A stretch of 64,000 nucleotides of DNA, from contig OX597821.1 in NCBI GenBank assembly GCA_951406725.2, positions 21,514,001 to 21,578,000 on the forward strand. The letters are read 5' to 3'. The DNA is from Octopus vulgaris. Taxonomy: Eukaryota. A program made the position numbers and the translations under genes. The notes below the pieces were generated by a model. The model was not told where the DNA came from. It did no database searches and saw only the letters and a list, made by a program, of their open reading frames with translations. This document shows positions 59,327-64,000 of the stretch, in pieces (position 1 is the first letter of the stretch; each line of letters starts with the position of its first letter).

Positions 59327-59642
59327 GTATGTATGTATGTATGTATGTATGTATGTATGTATGTGTGTGTGTGTATACACGGAAACATGCACACACACAC
59401 ATATATTCGAGTTATGGGAATGCAATGTCCTTGTATTTTTGGCAATAAACCAATAAAATGTATGGCGAAAGGAAAATGGAAAATAGCAAATATTAGCTTA
59501 TGGCTCTGATGAAGGTAAAGGGTATTGTATTGAAACTCTAAGCAGGTGCAAGCACTTAGAGCAGAAACAGTTGTAAGCACTTCAAAGTGATTACGTAAAA
59601 CTTTTCTTTCGTTACATATTTACTATTTGATATATAGGATTA

Positions 59643-59751
<109 letters not shown>

Positions 59752-59992
59752 TGTCTTATATTCCTCCCCACCACCACAAACTCAATACCACTATAAAATG
59801 GTCAAAACTCCTCACACAGCAACTTAGTTTGATTTGAAAACCCCACTAGAATGGGAGAAAGCGCTAATACATGATCTAAGTTATATGGTATATAAAAAAT
59901 GTAATATACAAATAAATATCTGTAAATATAAACCATCCGATTTTCTGAGTACCTCATTTCTTCTAATATATATAGATATACATATATCTATA

Positions 59993-60077
<85 letters not shown>

Positions 60078-60085
60078 TGGAAACC

Positions 60086-60408
60086 TGGAGGCGCAATAGA
60101 CCAGTGGTTAGGGCAGCGGACTCGCGATCGTAGGAGGGCAGCTTCGATTCTCTAAAGGTCCACGAGGCTCCGGTTAGGGATGTTGGTGAACCCTGCTGTA
60201 CTCTTTCACCACAACTTTCTCTCACTCTTTCTTCCTTTTTCTGTTATACCTGTATTTCAAAGGGCCAGCCCTGTCACACTGTGTGTCACGCTGAATCTCC
60301 CCCGAGAACAACGTATGCGTGTCTGTTTGAGTACTCAGCCATTTGCACGTTGAATTCACGAGCAGGATGTTCCGTTGATCGGATCAACTGTAACCGATGG
60401 AGTGCCAC
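60086..60408 (+). mobile_element. SINE family B, head to tail
   Basis: tRNA-like head TGGAGGCGCAAT..AGTGGTTAGGGCAGCGGACTCGC..TTCGATTC; body matches 23612-23886. Confidence 0.8.
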
Positions 60409-60423
60409 GATATATATATATAT

Positions 60424-60456
<33 letters not shown>

Positions 60457-60538
60457 TAGATACATTCGTGATATATTCGTGCATATATACATATATATAT
60501 ATGTGTATATATATATATATATATATACATACATATAC

Positions 60539-60633
<95 letters not shown>

Positions 60634-61265
60634 CAAATGTATATACACGCATAAGTGTATATGATTTCGCTTAGTCGAATCATACTATTATGCAGTACTC
60701 AACACTCTTTATATGCATAAGGTTTTAGAATAAAGCGTTGGACAGTTAATGATAATCTCTGTTCTCTTCTCATTTGAAAAATATTGTAGTAGTTGTAGTG
60801 GGTGGGGTTGAGGGGCTTGGTGTTGGTAGTAGTAGCTGGAAGTAAGAAGGTGTGTGTTAAAGTAAATCACGCTACTCCACAAGCGCCATTTTGTTGGACG
60901 TCTGCTTTCATTAAATTATCAAATAAACAGAAGGCGAAGAGGAGGTGGTAAGTACAGATGGTAATGAGGCGTAAGAAGAGTAGCAGAGGTAGTGGTAAAA
61001 GGTAGTGTCGCCGGTGCTAATGTAGTAGTTACCGTAGTCTGTGATGTTGGTGGTGGTGGTGGTGGCGGTAGCAGACAGTGGCGGTGGGGGTTGTCATCGT
61101 TGTCGTAGTCGTTGTCATCGTTGTCGTAGTCGTTGTCTTGACGGTAGATGAATGTATAGCTGTTGTGATAACTCTTGAATTAACCTATGTGTTATAACTG
61201 AACGAAAATCGTATTCAGCATACATCTGATGATGTGATGATGAAGCTATGTTGAAACGTAAGCAT

Positions 61266-61368
<103 letters not shown>

Positions 61369-61408
61369 TATAGATAGATAGATAGATTGATTGATAGATA
61401 GATAGATG

Positions 61409-61547
<139 letters not shown>

Positions 61548-61859
61548 GAGGTAGTTCTGGTGAAGCAGTGTGAAGTATAACTTTTAAGAATATATTTGTG
61601 TACAGCTGCAACAGTAAGAGAAGGTACAACGTAAACTATAAAAAGAGTAGAATACAGATCGAACTCGTATCTCTATATTTTCCGAATGTTCTGAAGAAGG
61701 ATCTTCATCCTGAATTATTGAGATGCAAGGTAAACCTACAACTGTTTTGTTTTCTCTTTCTTTTGTAGTTAACTTCCAACCTTCTCACATTGACCCGGCT
61801 TTACTGACAACAAAATTCTTTAATATATACATGTATGCATGCATATATATATGTGTGTG

Positions 61860-61899
<40 letters not shown>

Positions 61900-62202
61900 A
61901 ATGTATGTACATATATCACTCACTGGCTTGATATTTCACAGGCAAAGTCTCGTGCATTGGAATTTATCATGCAGGTTTTAAATCGATGTGATTCCATTTA
62001 TACACCGGTCATAATCATAACTCTCTGAGATGTTTTAGAATAAAAGCGATGCCCTTGATATGAAATCGGTTTCATAAATGTTCATAGAAGAGTCCTTTTT
62101 TAACTCTCAATCATTATTTATAATGACACATTATATACACACGCCTTAATTTCAACTTTCCTGTTTGTATCAAAACCTAAATATCCTCCATTTTCTAATG
62201 AT

Positions 62203-62415
62203 TCAGCCGTTAGACTGCGGCCATGCTGGGGCACGGCGTTCAAGAATCTTAGTCAGACTAATCAACTCTACTATCTATTTTTTTAAGCCTTGTAATTATT
62301 CTATCCGTTTTTTTAAACCGAAGTTATAGGGAAGTAATCGCACCAACACCAGTTATCCAGTTATAAAGCGGTGGTGGGAGACAAACACAAGCGCAAACAA
62401 ACACACACACATATA
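62203..62415 (-). mobile_element. old SINE family A, tail half
   Basis: GACTGCGGCCATGCTGG...GGTGGTGGGAGACAAACAC. Confidence 0.7.
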
Positions 62416-62630
62416 GCCCAATATGACATTTTAACCAATAATATGTACTTGAGCTTTCTTATACCTAACACTCCAAATGAATTTATTGCATCATACACAA
62501 CCTTACTCCCCTTCTAAGGTCTCTATCATTTTTGTATTATGTTCTTTATGTATATATTTTATCAGTTAACGGTTTGCATCTATTTACTCAACATGCAAGA
62601 GTTGAACACCTATTTTGTATATCTTTATCT

Positions 62631-62711
62631 ACCTCTGAAGAGATTCGAGATTTCAAACAATTTTTAATTTAATTAATTTTCTGAGGGTCTGAATTGAAAC
62701 AGCTGTAATGA
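62631..62711 (+). ncRNA. degenerate hammerhead with long stem II loop
   Basis: CTGAAGA-GATTC...GAATT-GAA-ACAGCTGT-A; stem I poorly paired. Confidence 0.5.
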
Positions 62712-62948
62712 ATGTTTGTCAATTTTTTAATAAATAAATATATGATAATTTATTAATTACCTCTTTATTTTCTCATATTATTATTAATATAAATATATAT
62801 ATAAGTCACGGTTTATATAGTTACATTGTAGTTGAGTGTTAAATATAATGTTCAATATTCTTTCTATAGGTAATTTACCAGTACTATCATATGATTTTGC
62901 CATCCCTGAACGGGGTTTGTAACCTTTAGTTTTGTGTATATATGTATG

Positions 62949-62984
<36 letters not shown>

Positions 62985-62990
62985 TATGTC

Positions 62991-63031
<41 letters not shown>

Positions 63032-63469
63032 GGTTTAAAAATTAAGGTTAAGAAAATACGTTTTAAACACAGTACCTTATTTTAGGGTAAGTCCCAGGTC
63101 GTGTGTGCGCGGACCATATTTACCAATTATGACTACCAGGCATTATCAGCTACCAGGCATGAGCGAACATCGTTGTAATAATTTCAGGAATTCCAGGATG
63201 GACGTTAGGAATATATTAAAGATAAGGTGTGAAGACGGAATGTACCAACAAAATAAAATTATATTAACACAATTGTTTCATCTTCAAGATGAACGGCTTC
63301 CTTGTGGGCGTGGAACGATGCAATAACATCAGCTGCAATGCACAGTGCATAGAAGTCTCCTCAGGTGGGATAATAAGGTTTTTTAAGCAGGGTGATTTAC
63401 ATTTGAGTTTTAGTGTATTGAGATATTTTAACAGTTAGACTGATGTGCAGACAAGCACACGCACACAGC

Positions 63470-63535
<66 letters not shown>

Positions 63536-63771
63536 CTTTATTTAAAGCAGCAGAAAATTCAACAAAACCTGTTACTCTGAGTTTCACTTTCCCGTTCGTC
63601 GGACAGTTTTTGCAAGAATCTAGCAAAAACTGTCCGACGAACGGGAAAGTGAAACTCAGAGTAACAGGTTTTGTTGAATTTTCTGCTGCTTTAAATAAAG
63701 CATATTACTCTACCACTGGTATTTGAGTACTCTTTTTTCCACCTTGTTTCACATTTATGTGTTTACTCCGG
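63536..63771 (+). mobile_element. PLE-type inverted-repeat insertion with hammerhead variant (63630-63667), in (TA)n
   Basis: 78-bp arms 63536-63613 / 63623-63700; CTGT-CCGACGA-AC gggaaa GT-GAA-ACTCAGAGT-A-ACAG. Confidence 0.7.
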
Positions 63772-63789
63772 TATATATATATATGTATA

Positions 63790-63956
63790 TACGACGGCAT
63801 TCTTTCCTTTTCCGTCAACAAAATCCACTCCCAGTGTTTTCATCGGCCCAAGACTTTGCAAGAAGAGACTTGCCCAATCTGCCACGCATTGGGACTAAGC
63901 GAGAAACTGAGTAGTTGTGAAGCAAACTTCTTAACATATAGTCACGCCTGTGCCTA
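63790..63956 (-). mobile_element. old SINE family A, head half
   Basis: ACGACGG..AAATCCACTC..ACTTGCCCAA..GCCACGCA.TGGGACT..CCTGTGCCTA. Confidence 0.75.
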
Positions 63957-64000
63957 TATATGTATATGTAGGTGCGTGTGTCTGCATCTGTGTGTGTACG

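Noticed and set aside
61691-61725. Hammerhead candidate CTGAAGA-AGGAT cttc ATCCT-GAAT
   Set aside because: Good stem II, but A15.1, stem III and stem I cannot be formed convincingly; at best a decayed remnant

Overview
AT-rich, microsatellite-saturated eukaryotic DNA with no recognisable host gene. The SINE and microsatellite content resembles an octopus/cephalopod intergenic or intronic region (inference). Most ORFs in the supplied track are microsatellite translations. The real coding content is all transposon-derived: a near-complete Tx1/L1-clade LINE inside a (GATA)n tract, an ORF1-only relative of it, a Penelope-like element (RT + GIY-YIG, Naiad-like) with inverted pseudo-LTRs, several R4/Dong-type RLE LINE fragments in (AAT)n, a CR1 3' end, and two mariners. 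Non-coding elements include a non-autonomous Helitron and three modular tRNA-derived SINE families. Two systems stand out. (1) The Tx1 LINE, the ORF1-only element and one SINE share the same ~50-nt 3' tail, suggesting a three-tier mobilisation system. (2) About eight distinct minimal type-I hammerhead-ribozyme-like motifs (canonical to degenerate) are present, mostly in Penelope-type inverted-repeat insertions in (TA)n, and one has a compensatory G3-C8 core swap. All alignments and folds were done by eye, so coordinates may be off by a few bases.
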